The notes beneath the pieces are model-generated. The model ran no database searches, was not told the origin of the DNA, and was given only the letters and a program-made list of their open reading frames with translations. From the NCBI RefSeq assembly GCF_001194135.2, contig NC_068999.1, positions 854,486 to 904,905 of the forward strand: DNA of 50,420 nt, in the 5' to 3' direction. Made by a program: the position numbers and the translations under genes. Numbering within the stretch: the first letter of the stretch is position 1; each line of letters starts with the position of its first letter. This stretch comes from Octopus bimaculoides. Lineage: Eukaryota. Of the stretch, positions 1-12,659 are shown piece after piece.

Positions 1-354
1 CAGCAGATGACAACGTTTCTCGAAAAGAAATGGAAAAACTTTCAAAATACAAAGACCTGGAAATAGAGATAACTCGAATGTGGAGTCTAAAAACAGAAAC
101 AATTCCTATCATAGTAGGTGCCTTAGGTATAATTAAAAAATACTCAGACAAATACATAACAAAAATACCAGGACTTACAAATATATGTAACATACAGAAA
201 ATTGCACTACTGGGTACTGCACACATTCTACGCAAAACACTTTCAATACAGTAAACATAAAAGCACCACAGCAAACCACAGCACATACCCAAGGCGCACA
301 GAGCTGCGCTCGGTAGTGAAGTGAAAGCACGTTATAAAAATAAAACTACTGAAC

Positions 355-392
<38 letters not shown>

Positions 393-399
393 CAACAAT
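1..399 (+). mobile_element. 3' end of an R4/Dong-clade non-LTR retrotransposon (RLE endonuclease C-terminus, 3' UTR, (AAT)n tail)
   Basis: Frame 3 reads ADDNVSRKEMEKLSKYKDLEIEITRMWSLKTETIPIIVGALG...AHILRKTLSIQ* with no stops from 3 to 254. This matches the KE.EK..KY.DL...I.RMW....P..VGALG C-terminus of RLE-type R4/Dong ORFs. A 3' UTR of about 100 bp follows, then (AAT)n(AAC)n at about 352-399. Confidence 0.85.
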
Positions 400-504
400 A
401 TGTATACCTACAAAAGAAGGAGACCTCGATATTTGTACAAATGATTTATTTTATATGGTATAATTTACACATATATAGATACATATATATATATATATAT
501 ATAT

Positions 505-860
505 CTGGTAAACAAGCAACACCGCGTGTGGAACAAGATCTTCATCCGCGTAAAACGATGTTGTACGTATGGTGGGACTGGGAAGGGATTATCCATTACG
601 AATTGCTTGAACGGAACTAAACGGTCAACGCAGAACTCTATTTACCACAGATGGAAGGACTCAACACGGTTATTCAAGAGAAAAGATCTAATCGGTAGCA
701 TGGAGTTCTTCTGCTGCACGACAACGCCAGCCCTCATATTGCTTATATGGCCAAGGGAGCCATTCAAACGCATGGCTGGGAAGTACTGCCACAGCCACCT
801 TACTCTCCTGATTTGGCACCAAAGTATTTCCACCTCTTTCGATCTCTTCCAAATGCAGTA
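505..860 (+). mobile_element. Mariner (DD34D) transposase internal fragment, pseudogenised
   Basis: From 507: GKQATPRVEQDLHPRKTMLYVWWDWEGIIHYELLERN*TVNAELYLPQMEGLNTVIQEKRSNR*HGVLLLHDNASPHIAYMAKGAIQTHGWEVLPQPPYSPDLAPKYFHLFRSL. Contains the mariner motifs LLHDNAxPH and PPYSPDLAP. There are two in-frame stops, the third catalytic Asp is lost, and no TIRs are visible. Confidence 0.93.
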
Positions 861-1073
861 ACAAATATATATCGAAGAGTTTTTACTTTGCTTTAATTTC
901 CAGATTGAAGAAATGAAATTAAAAATTGAGTTATTTAATTAGTTTCTCAGGTTCTTCGTGTCGGTCCGAGGCATCCACTATATTTATGAAAATATGTGAA
1001 GCACATAAAACACAGAGTATTACATCATAAAATATTTTATAACTATGTAAGTACACAGTGAATGAGAGAGTGT

Positions 1074-1078
1074 GTATG

Positions 1079-1173
<95 letters not shown>

Positions 1174-1610
1174 GATCAATCTTTGGTCGAAACATATCTC
1201 TATACATATATATACATATATACATATATATACATATATACATATATATACATATATACATATATTAATATATGTATGTGTATGAGTGTGTGTACACATG
1301 TGCATGTACATATGTATAGATATATACATATATAATATGTATATATGTAGGTATATATATATATATATATATNNNNNNNNNNNNNNNNNNNNNNNNNNNN
1401 NNNNNNNNNNNNNNNNNNNNNNNNNNNNNNNNNNNNNNNNNNNNNNNNNNNNNNNNNNNNNNNNNNNNNNNNNNNNNNNNNNNNNNNNNNNNNNNNNNNN
1501 NNNNNNNNTATACATGTACGTATATATATCAATATGTATGTATTTATACAAATATATGCATGTATTTGTATATCTATGTATATATATATATATGTGTGTG
1601 TGTGTGTATA
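1074..1610. repeat. Compound (TACA)n/(TA)n/(TG)n microsatellite spanning the N-gap at 1373-1508
   Basis: Visible directly in the sequence. Confidence 0.95.
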
Positions 1611-1901
1611 AATTGAAAGTGAGAAAGAGAGAAAGATGGAAAGAGAGAGAGGAAAAAAAAGTAATAGATAGATGGATACAGAGAGAGAATTAAAGAATGT
1701 TAAAGTAATGCCTCTCCCCTCCCCTCTATAAAACGATATAACTTGGGGCAATTTCACATCTAAATGTAGCGACAACCAGAGTCAAATTTATCGCGTTTCC
1801 TGTTATGGTAACGGACAGATGATCATAGCTGAAAGGCAACTCGATCGAAACATTGTAAATAACCAGAAGAACGATAACTGTAACTACAACAACATCAACA
1901 A

Positions 1902-2038
<137 letters not shown>

Positions 2039-2137
2039 TCCCCCATAATAACAATATACGATTTTTGTTAGGAAGACGATAGTAAATAAATGGTGATATG
2101 AGTTTATCTCTGTCCCCCACCTCTTTCTCTCCCTAAG

Positions 2138-2459
<322 letters not shown>

Positions 2460-2984
2460 CACTGCTAATTTGTATTACTGTTCTGTTGAATTAGATTTTC
2501 ATATATTTGTGATTCTGGGCATGCTAAAGGCTGATCACGTGTTTGCCATTACACTCTCTTCCTCCATTTTGATTTGTTGCTATTTCACACTCTTTTATTG
2601 CTTGTTTCACTGGAGTTTTCTTTGTTGTTGTCGTTGTCATTCTTCTCGATTTTTTTTTCTGTGTTCCCATTAAATTGTTTAAAATAAATTTCATTCGGTT
2701 TGATAGTTTATTACCTCAGGTAATATTTTATTTCTAACAATTAGTTTATTTATACATTATATCTAGATTATTTGATCGGTTAATGTTAAAGTAATAATTT
2801 TAAAGCAATAATAAATAGATATTTTTGAAATCAGTAGCAAATTCTCTTTCAGTATTTCAGTATAAATAATACAGTTCATGTTGCAGTAGCTAAATTAATA
2901 TGATGTTAGGATTTTGCTGTGTCTATTTCTTTTGTGAGGTTTCTACTGCCGCATTATATTTTAATAATTATTGCCTCATGCCAA

Positions 2985-3206
2985 GATGGTGAGCTGGCAG
3001 AGTTGTTAGCACGCCCAGCAAAGTGCTTAGTGGAATTCCGTCTGTCTTTACTTTCTGAGTTCAAATTGCACCGAGTTCGACTTTACCTTTCATTAATTCG
3101 GGGATTGATAAATGAAGTACCAGTTGATCACTGAGGTTGATGCAATTAACCTACCTTCACCCCCGAACTTGCTGGTCTTGTTTCAAAATTTGAAACCGAT
3201 ATTATT
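2985..3206 (+). mobile_element. SINE family B copy (tRNA-like head ggtgagctggcagag..., tail ...aaatttgaaaccgatattatt)
   Basis: Shares A/B-box-like head (gagctggcag...ttctgagttcaaatt), central ggggtcgat module and aaatttgaaa-ATT tail with about 10 other copies in the window. Confidence 0.85.
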
Positions 3207-3217
3207 GCTGACGTCGA

Positions 3218-3438
3218 GGCAGTGACTTGGCTGAATCGCTATCATGACGGACAAAATGCTTAGCGACATTTAGTCCGTCTCTTCGTTCTGATTTCAAATC
3301 ATGCCGAGACCATCTCAGCTTTTCGTCCTTTCGGGGTCGTCAGAATAAATAACAGTTGAGACTGGAGTCGATGTAATCAATTAAACCCTCCCTCAAAACA
3401 ACTGGCATTGTGCCAAAACTTGAAAGGATATATTATTT
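3218..3438 (+). mobile_element. SINE family B copy, tandem to the previous copy
   Basis: ggcagtgacttggctgaatcgct...cctttcggggtcg...ggagtcgatgtaatc...tgtgccaaaacttgaaaggatatatt; collinear with 2985-3206. Confidence 0.8.
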
Positions 3439-3593
3439 CATTATGCCTTCGCTGTTTGATATGTTAGATCACAAAAGGACACGTTGGAATTAATAAACCT
3501 TCTTATATTTGTAAATATAATGAATATCGACGTTATGGTCATGTTAAGAATGCATTTGAATAAATTATGCATATATGTTACATATATGTAACA

Positions 3594-3629
<36 letters not shown>

Positions 3630-4672
3630 CTATGAAGATTTGTGTAAGCAGCCAAAATTGTTGGTGGCAGTTATGTCCGAAGTGTTTATTAATACCCTAC
3701 AAAGCAGTAAATGATTGACAAAATAAGGAAAATTCTTGAATGTAACCTTTAGTTTGACTTCTGTTTTCCAATCACCGAAACTTGTAAAATAACTTCCAAA
3801 TAGATTTACAAACTTATTATTCTGTTTGTAGAAAGGAATGATTACTTCGATGTATTGATGCTATTTACTTAATGTAGGCTCTTTAAATTTAGACGGCAAC
3901 TAATTTTCCATTAGATGGTGTTGAAACTGTAGCACCTTTTAAACAGCTACAGATTCAACAGGTGAAATATTTGAAATGAAATTATTAGGATATAAGAACT
4001 CTCTGCAGCCTGGAGTTATGGTCGTATTAGAAGTTACTATTTATAGTATTGCTAGGTTGGGCATTAAGTAATAATTCTACACTACATTGTATATAATATA
4101 AATTTTAAAGCGAGCGAAAAACATTGGAAACGTGCCAATCACTAAAGTAGATACTATCTGTCTGGAAGTCTTCGCAAATTTGTATTCTACAGCTCGCTAC
4201 ACTAGCGCAACTTTACACTTCATTAAACGAGTGAAATACATTACTAAAGTAAACCATTCCATAATGTACAATTCTTCAGTAGACTGCTCAAGATTGCATC
4301 AACCAGTAAATAAATAAATAAAAATACAAAGAGAAAAAACCTGCTTCAATAATATTTCAATACCTCGAGGGGTGTAATTCCTGAAACGTCGATGTTTAAG
4401 CCATAAATCTGTTTGTAACAGTAACAACAACAACAATGAAGACGACGATGACGACGATAACAACAACAACAAAACAACAACAACAACAATAACAATACCA
4501 CCAATAATAACAACAAAATAACACCAGCCACGACTACAACAGCAGGAGCAACATGGTGATATACACTGACAACGCAATAAATATAAAATGTTCAACATAG
4601 CCGCATGCGATACGATTAAGGGGAATAGTTCCAATCAACTGATGGCAGGCGAAATTCTTGACTGACGATTTG

Positions 4673-4855
4673 TTTATTGCGTTCCGCAAGGGGTGAAGAC
4701 AAAATCACCAGCAACAGTATTTCTATTCAAAATCTAAGTGATGCACCGCAAAGTCGACCCGGGAGGGATTTGAACTCAGAGCGTAATGACGGGCGAAATG
4801 GCACTGTTTTGTTCGGCGCGGTGACGATTCTGTTAGTTCACCGCTTGTCAACGAC
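4673..4855 (-). mobile_element. SINE family B copy (decayed)
   Basis: Reverse complement reads gcggtgaactaacagaatcgtcacc...ctctgagttcaaatccctcccgggtcgactttgc. Confidence 0.7.
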
Positions 4856-4881
4856 TACAATGCATTGACGATTACAATAGC

Positions 4882-5045
4882 CCTTCCTGCTATAGGCAGA
4901 AGCCTTGAAATTTTTTTTTTTTTGGGGGGGGGGGGCTGATTGCATCGACCTCAATGCCAAACTGATATCTATTCTATCGACCCCAAAAGGAAGAGATCCT
5001 ATTTCGACGTCTTCAGAATTTGACCTCAGAACCTAAAGAGATGAA
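4882..5045 (-). mobile_element. SINE family B copy lacking the 5' head
   Basis: Reverse complement reads ggttctgaggtcaaattc...ccttttggggtcgatagaatag...gaggtcgatgcaatc...aatttcaaggcttctgcctatag. Confidence 0.7.
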
Positions 5046-5805
5046 ATTAATATTAAAAGACATATTGTTGTCAGATGTTGTGTCGGTTCTGACAAGCCAA
5101 AACTTAAGATGAAATTCAACAACAACAACACCGCCAACAACAACAACATCTTCATCATGAAGGACAATGATAATAATCATAATCTTTCTTCTATAGGTAA
5201 ACGGAATGAAATAGGTTAGGATAAATTACATCGGTCTGAATGTTCGGGTAATATTTGATTCCTTGACACTGAAAGGATGAAATGCAAAGTCGAACATTGC
5301 AGCATAATGATAATAATAATAATAATAATGATAATAATAATAATGATAATAATAATGATAATAATGATAATAATAATCTGAATATAAGCAACAGTGTCTT
5401 GCTAAAAAAAAACAGCAGCATTTAGAAATATTTTCATCTGAGAAATTAATCAATGAAACGTCTAATAAATTATCTAGGATTCTTCTCCTGATCGAATACG
5501 AGTGGAAAGTCCAGGTTTATGGTGAACACCAAAGTTAATCAGCTCAAAACCTCACGGAGTCGATATTTAAAGGATATTGAGAGGCATCTAGGAACTTGGA
5601 AATTCCAAGGTGATTTAAGCCTCACTTAACTCAAAAGTTTAGCAAATTGAGAAGTTAATGTATTAGACAATATCGTCGTAACTTTCTTAATCCACACGTC
5701 AATACAGACAATATATTCCCTGACGGCCTCTACAATGTAATTTACATTACTTAACCGTGTTTATTTGATTGGAAAATAAAATGCAATTCCATCTTAGTTT
5801 TCTGC

Positions 5806-5849
<44 letters not shown>

Positions 5850-5935
5850 AAATATTCAATATTATATATTTGTGAATATTAGCTTCGTCATTAATTTTCT
5901 TAATAATAGTAATACCATTACAACTGCTGCTGCTG

Positions 5936-5936
5936 T

Positions 5937-6002
<66 letters not shown>

Positions 6003-6014
6003 AACTACTACTAC
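5936..6014. repeat. (ACT)n microsatellite
   Basis: Visible directly. Confidence 0.97.
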
Positions 6015-6379
6015 TGTTCTATATACAATAACCGGTGAAGAACTGCGGTCGATGTTATCAGGTAATCCCTCCGCTAAAAGCTGCTGTCCTTATTCCACAA
6101 TGTAAACCCATATATAATGGTTTTAAATGAGGTTATGGTGAAATGCGATACGTAACTACGCGGCCTAGTCGGCACCATTTTTTCTCCTATAAAAATTCAC
6201 CAGTTGTTATGGTAACTCATATTAACCACTTGTGTGAAAGAGCAGAGTGTCTGATTAAAAAGATAATAAAATGAGACTGTCGTTTCCTTCCATTCAGCAA
6301 ATATTGGTAGAGACTGGAAAGTTAGCAAATATTTGTCAAATCGTTATTTTGCAAACGTGGTGAATATAAAGTTAATGGC

Positions 6380-6625
6380 TTTTATCTCTTACTTGTTTAA
6401 GGCATTAAACTAAGACCATGCTTGAGCACCACATTGAAGAATTTGTAATCGAATGAATCAACACGTTCACAACATTCCCAATGAAAATAACGCAGTCATC
6501 CGTAGGGATATTAATCTACAACTGACTAACCTGAAACTGAAGCAACTTCAAGTGAAGTATCTTGCTCAAAAACATAATGCAACGCCCGGTCAAAGTTCCA
6601 TGGACCAGGAATCAAAAGAATCCTA
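6380..6625 (-). mobile_element. Decayed SINE remnants: family A-type 3' tail (6380-6462) and a CORE-like box (6551-6590)
   Basis: cttacttgtttaaggcattaaactaagaccatgcttgagcacc resembles the reverse complement of the family A tail. aagtgaagtatcttgctcaaaaacataatgc is the reverse complement of a gcgttgtgtccttgagcaag-type box. Confidence 0.55.
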
Positions 6626-6995
6626 AAGCCAGGCGCCTTCGCACCGAACGAAACGTTAGAAATTACGTCTGTATTAAACATTACATATCACGACCCTAAA
6701 AGTTTATTGTATACAAACCAGTAATCTTCACCTTCCAACTCATCAAGCTAAAAGCCTTTCCTAATACATTGGTTGCTTCGTAAGTAAAGATAGAAATCCA
6801 TATATCAAGTCTGGCTGGAAAATAGTTTCCTTCGATGTTTGTTTCCATCGTATCTTTCGAATTACACGAGCGCGCGCGCAACACATATTTATCCTTCTCA
6901 GTGGACACGAATGTTCTGACTCAAACATATCTTTCGCAAAACCACGCAGATACATACGCGCCTTTCCCTACGACGAATATTATAGTGCTTATGTG

Positions 6996-7029
6996 TATAT
7001 ACATATCTAGCTATCTGTCTATCAATATG

Positions 7030-7066
<37 letters not shown>

Positions 7067-7131
7067 TCATATATACATATGTAGCTATATATATACATAT
7101 CTAGCTATCTGTCTATCAATATGCACACATA

Positions 7132-7165
<34 letters not shown>

Positions 7166-7410
7166 NNNNNNNNNNNNNNNNNNNNNNNNNNNNNNNNNNN
7201 NNNNNNNNNNNNNNNNNNNNNNNNNNNNNNNNNNNNNNNNNNNNNNNNNNNNNNNNNNNNNNNNNNNNNNNNNNNNNNNNNNNNNNNNNNNNNNNNNNNN
7301 NNNNNNNNNNNNNNNNNNNNNNNNNNNNNNNNNNNNNNNNNNNNNNNNNNNNNNNNNNNNNNNNNNNNATATATATATATATATATATATATACTCATAT
7401 ATACATACAT
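6996..7410. repeat. About 94-bp tandem repeat with embedded (AT)n, interrupted by the N-gap at 7166-7368
   Basis: ctagctatctgtctatcaatatgcaca occurs at 7007 and 7101. atatactcatatatacata occurs at about 7061 and again after the gap. Confidence 0.8.
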
Positions 7411-7840
7411 GTGTATACATATATATGACTATATCTACATATATAAATACATGCACAATCATTTGTATATGCTTACGTATATACGATGTATATGTGCATG
7501 TCTCCATAGGTATGTATATGTGCGTGCGTAATCTAATGTCAATTCAAGTTATTCCAATAGTTTTGTTTTCTAATTTATATTTATGATCCCCTCGTTATTA
7601 ACAATTTTCTTTACTGTATCACCTGTCAGTGAAAGGATATCCGTCTACACAACTTGATGAATATAAGGAGATACCTGACAGTAACAAGTGTAAGAATGAA
7701 CGGATTAGGATTGTCTGAGGCGATAATCACTAAAATATTCGAATATTGTCTGTCTGTCAGCTTCTCTCTATATGTATGCATGTCTATATATGTATGTATG
7801 TATTTATTTATTTATGTATGTGTGTGTGTATGCATGTGAA

Positions 7841-8110
7841 GTCGCGTGGCTCAGCAGTGAGGTGATTCGACTCGTAATGGTCAGGTTGTGAATTCGATTC
7901 CGGCGGAGCGTTGTGTTATTAAGGAAGACGTTCTTTTTTATGTTTTTGGAGTCAGCTCGTCTGGAAAACGTGAGTTTTACTTGAAATTCAAAGAGTCAGC
8001 TTTATCACGTTCTCAATCATGCTAAATATTCCTGAGCCACTTGCACCCGAATTTCACGACCAGGCTCCTCCGTTAATTCGAACCCTCGTTGTCATAACCG
8101 ACGGATTGTC
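7841..8110 (+). mobile_element. SINE family C copy (tRNA head, CORE-like box, internally deleted)
   Basis: A-box-like gtggctcagcagtgag, B-box-like gaattcgattcc, then gcgttgtgttattaaggaagac. The 3' part aatttcacgaccaggctcctccgtt...accctcgttgtcataaccgacgga is shared with 37541-37765 and with the reverse complement of 31778-31998. Confidence 0.75.
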
Positions 8111-8114
8111 AGTT

Positions 8115-8432
8115 ATGTGTGTATATGTATGTGTATATGTATGTGTGTATGTATGTGTGAATGTATGTGTGTGTGCTTCTGTATGTGTGTATGTGTGTGT
8201 ATGTCTGTGTATGTATGCCTGTATGGAGGGACGGATGTGTGTATGTATTTGTATGTGTGCGTATATATGTATGTATACATGTGTGTATGTGGATGTATGT
8301 ATGTATGCATATGTATGTGTATGTATGTGTGGGTATTTATGTATGCATATGTGTGTATGAATGTGTATGTATATATGTATGTATATACGTATGAATGTAT
8401 GTATATATGTACGTATGCATGTATGTATGTAT
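8115..8432. repeat. Degenerate (TATG)n/(TG)n microsatellite
   Basis: Visible directly. Confidence 0.95.
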
Positions 8433-9357
8433 ACAGGTTTGGCGATGAAAACAGGAAAAAATATAAGCCAAAGTATGGGTGTGTATATTAATATTTAACA
8501 GAAGCAACAGAGTGACCCATGGACCGAGAATTTCATGCCTTAGCACTTTTCATTCCAATTACAGATCGAGTGTTTGCAAACTTACATACCGGACATAATA
8601 TTATCACCGTGAATAGTTCCGGGAAAAACAAAGAAATGTAATTACAATGTCACGTGGTTAATTCATATTTTCCAAATGCTTTGCTCGATATGCTGTTCAA
8701 TAGTTAAATAAAGAAAGAAACAAGAAAAATTCTGTGTAGTTACAAATAAAAAATTGCAGGCGAATAAAAATACAGTATATGTAGTGTGTGTGTGTGTGTG
8801 TGTGTGCTTGNNNNNNNNNNNNNNNNNNNNNNNNNNNNNNNNNNNNNNNNNNNNNNNNNNNNNNNNNNNNNNNNNNNNNNNNNNNNNNNNNNNNNNNNNN
8901 NNNNNNNNNNNNNNNNNNNNNNNNNNNNNNNNNNNNNNNNNNNNNNNNNNNNNNNNNNNNNNNNNNNNNNNNNNNNNNNNNNNNNNNNNNNNNNNNNNNN
9001 NNNNNNNNNNNNNNNNNNNNNNNNNNNNNNNNNNNNNNNNNNNNNNNNNNNNNNNNNNNNNNNNNNNNNNNNNNNNNNNNNNNNNNNNNNNNNNNNNNNN
9101 NNNNNNNNNNNNNNNNNNNNNNNNNNNNNNNNNNNNNNNNNNNNNNNNNNNNNNNNNNNNNNNNNNNNNNNNNNNNNNNNNNNNNNNNNNNNNNNNNNNN
9201 NNNNNNNNNNNNNNNNNNNNNNNNNNNNNNNNNNNNNNNNNNNNNNNNNNNNNNNNNNNNNNNNNNNNNNNNNNNNNNNNNNNNNNNNNNNNNNNNNNNN
9301 NNNNNNNNNNNNNNNNNNNNNNNNNNNNNNNNNNNNNNNNNNNNNNNNNNNNNNNNN

Positions 9358-9403
<46 letters not shown>

Positions 9404-9415
9404 TGTGTGTGTATA

Positions 9416-9654
9416 CAAGAGTTACGGAATGGACTAGATAAGTTCCAGGGCAAAACGTTTCATGGAGAGAGAACCTCAGAAGTGGTCAATTTGTCTATCC
9501 TTGAGACAATGTAACCTTTAATTCAACCAAGTTATCCTTGGCCTAAAGAGGATCCGGGGTATATACCTGGCTTGGATGTTTACCACTACTGAGGTTCTGC
9601 CCGCTATGTAACATATGAAACCCGGAACTTACGTACTCCATTCCGTAACTCTTG
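9416..9654. mobile_element. Non-autonomous TIR element (MITE), 239 bp
   Basis: 31-bp TIRs caagagttacggaatggactagataagttcc (9416-9446) and ggaacttacgtactccattccgtaactcttg (9624-9654) match 28/31. An internal inverted pair at 9471-9486/9582-9597 matches 15/16. Flanks are TA on the left and CA on the right. Confidence 0.75.
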
Positions 9655-10977
9655 CATTCTTATTTGCACATCAGGCAATACTTATCGCTACCATGTAATA
9701 TATAAGAACTTGTTTTAAGCTCATCATTCTTCGATACGAACAAATTCCACGAACGTCCGTCTCCATAAACTACTATTGTCCTTGAAAGTCCAGCGATCCC
9801 TACAATTGGTCAATTGTATTTCAACCGAGGGCATAAGTTAAAATCGTTTCACCGGACATAAATCAAGATGAAAATAAATAACAAGATAAGAAAAGGGTAC
9901 GGACAATAAGACAATGATAGAAGTGGTACAGCGCCGCCTTTTTCCTAATGCAGCCTATCGATATAACATACATGGGAAAAACGGTCAAATTAGCACTAGA
10001 TTAAATTTATAGTCAAGGGGAGGCAACTAGTACAGGTATTACAGAGAATCTATATAAACTGCTAAAACTAGTATTGGACTTAACAAAATATATAGCAAAT
10101 TATGATAATAATTAGATGCAAACAGGTAATAAAGAAATGTCTATCTTATAGGTACACTACAATGCACAATCATCAAACCACTAAGATTTAAGCGGTTCGT
10201 ATTTAAGACCAATTCGCATGTTTTATTCTTATCATGGATACAATTCTCAAGTTCAAAGAGTATACGAAATACGTCTAATAAGCATTGCATTATCATTAAA
10301 GTTGGATAGTTTCTAGCATTTAATGATGGGAACTATCTAACTTTAATAATAATGTAATGCTTTTTATAGACATTTCAAAATATGATGCTACGAATCTAGG
10401 AGTTTCCATTATTTTGTCCAAATCTTGTATATATACGAAGGTCTTTTGCTATCTCTATTATATCTCCACAAGTATATCAAGTTTTTGGCCGTATAGATAC
10501 TTTTTAGTTTTTTTCTTTCGTGTATATTATTATCTCAAATAATAAAAGTTTCTTTTGTAACATATTTGCCTACACCTTTTCTTTTTTGCGGGCTTTCAAC
10601 TCAAAACAACGACGTGAGAAGACAGAGTGAAGTAATTAAGAAATTGCGTCATTAACGTATAGATTATGATGACGTACAGATATGGTGAGATGCATATGTA
10701 TATATGCATGCACACACACTCACACACACACACACACATACACACACACACACACACACACATTGGTATATTCATAAATAATTAATGTTATTATATACAT
10801 ACGCATGTGTGTGTGTAGATAGGTATAAATATGTATATATAAGATTAAATATATATATATTTATATATGTGTATATATATGCATGTGTGTGTGAGTGTGC
10901 ATATTTATATATAAGTAAATATATATATTTACATTATGTATATTGAAAGATATATATATATATATATATATGTAAAA

Positions 10978-11012
<35 letters not shown>

Positions 11013-11619
11013 NNNNNNNNNNNNNNNNNNNNNNNNNNNNNNNNNNNNNNNNNNNNNNNNNNNNNNNNNNNNNNNNNNNNNNNNNNNNNNNNNNNNNNNN
11101 NNNNNNNNNNNNNNNNNNNNNNNNNNNNNNNNNNNNNNNNNNNNNNNNNNNNNNNNNNNNNNNNNNNNNNNNNNNNNNNNNNNNNNNNNNNNNNNNNNNN
11201 NNNNNNNNNNNNNNNNNNNNNNNNNNNNNNNNNNNNNNNNNNNNNNNNNNNNNNNNNNNNNNNNNNNNNNNNNNNNNNNNNNNNNNNNNNNNNNNNNNNN
11301 NNNNNNNNNNNNNNNNNNNNNNNNNNNNNNNNNNNNNNNNNNNNNNNNNNNNNNNNNNNNNNNNNNNNNNNNNNNNNNNNNNNNNNNNNNNNNNNNNNNN
11401 NNNNNNNNNNNNNNNNNNNNNNNNNNNNNNNNNNNNNNNNNNNNNNNNNNNNNNNNNNNNNNNNNNNNNNNNNNNNNNNNNNNNNNNNNNNNNNNNNNNN
11501 NNNNNNNNNNNNNNNNNNNNNNNNNNNNNNNNNNNNNNNNNNNNNNNNNNNNNNNNNNNNNNNNNNNNNNNNNNNNNNNNNNNNNNNNNNNNNNNNNNNN
11601 NNNNNNNNNNNNNNNNNNN

Positions 11620-11657
<38 letters not shown>

Positions 11658-12659
11658 CTTTTATTTTCTTTTTATTTCTTGTCTATGAGAACGATTGTTT
11701 CAATTGGATTTGGTGAAAGTTGAATCTATCTTGTATGGTTTTGTGTAATATCTATTTTCCCTCTCTTTCCTCGGATTTTTCTCTCACATTTTTCCTGCTA
11801 TTCCTCTCATTTCTTTCTCTTTTCCTGGTTCCCAACCACATACAACCTCACACAACAACATTCAATGTTTACTCCCTGTGACATCCATTTAATTTCAAGA
11901 ATTCACCAATAAAATACAAACAAACATTTGCAACAATTTTAAATAAGTTGACTGCGAGACTATTATGTTATTTCCTCAGTCTCTTTTTCATTTCCTCTTT
12001 CTTTCTACGTCTGCACTACTTTCTATCATTCATTCTCTCCTTTTTTCTCTTTGTTTCTATCTTTCCTCCTTTCCTCTTGGTAAAATTCATTTTTGCTTTT
12101 CTCTACATTTTCTTTATTTACTTATTTATATAATTACACTCGTTGCAATGTGAGTTGGTGTTGGCATATAATCTTGAAATTAACTTGGAAAAACTTCAAC
12201 AGAACAACTACAGTATCTGTCCCTTTTTCTACATTTTAGATCTCAATACAAACATATATATACTTAACCCTTCCTCACGGCTGTGATTAAACCACTTGGT
12301 CACCATTTTATACGTTTATAATCTCATTATATATATTAAATCAGCATTGCAAACAACATTTCACCATAACTTCAGGTGACCAATTCTTTATGGCGTCAGA
12401 TTTCGGACGAAGCAAACTGTCTATCAGCGCTTGGATTTCAATTCCGATGGTGTTCTTCCTTTAATTTTCATCATTTCGATGTCGATATTGGATTTGCTTC
12501 TTGTGTTATGTTACCGGATTCCTCTTTTCTTTCTTCTTGGTGCTCATCAGACCTGCAAAGAATTTCTAGTTCTCGTCAGACCGGGAAAGAGCTGGACTCT
12601 CTCCGCTCTAAAATTGTACATGATATGCTGTAGTAATGACGACACACTATCGACTACAG

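Noticed and set aside
7841-7905. tRNA-like A/B boxes (also 26590-26655, 26755-26815, 49345-49405)
   Set aside because: No complete cloverleaf is visible, and each continues into a SINE body. They are not tRNA genes.
8590-8692. Minus-strand segment with a strong acceptor and a CCG|gtatgt donor
   Set aside because: All three frames contain stops between the two sites.
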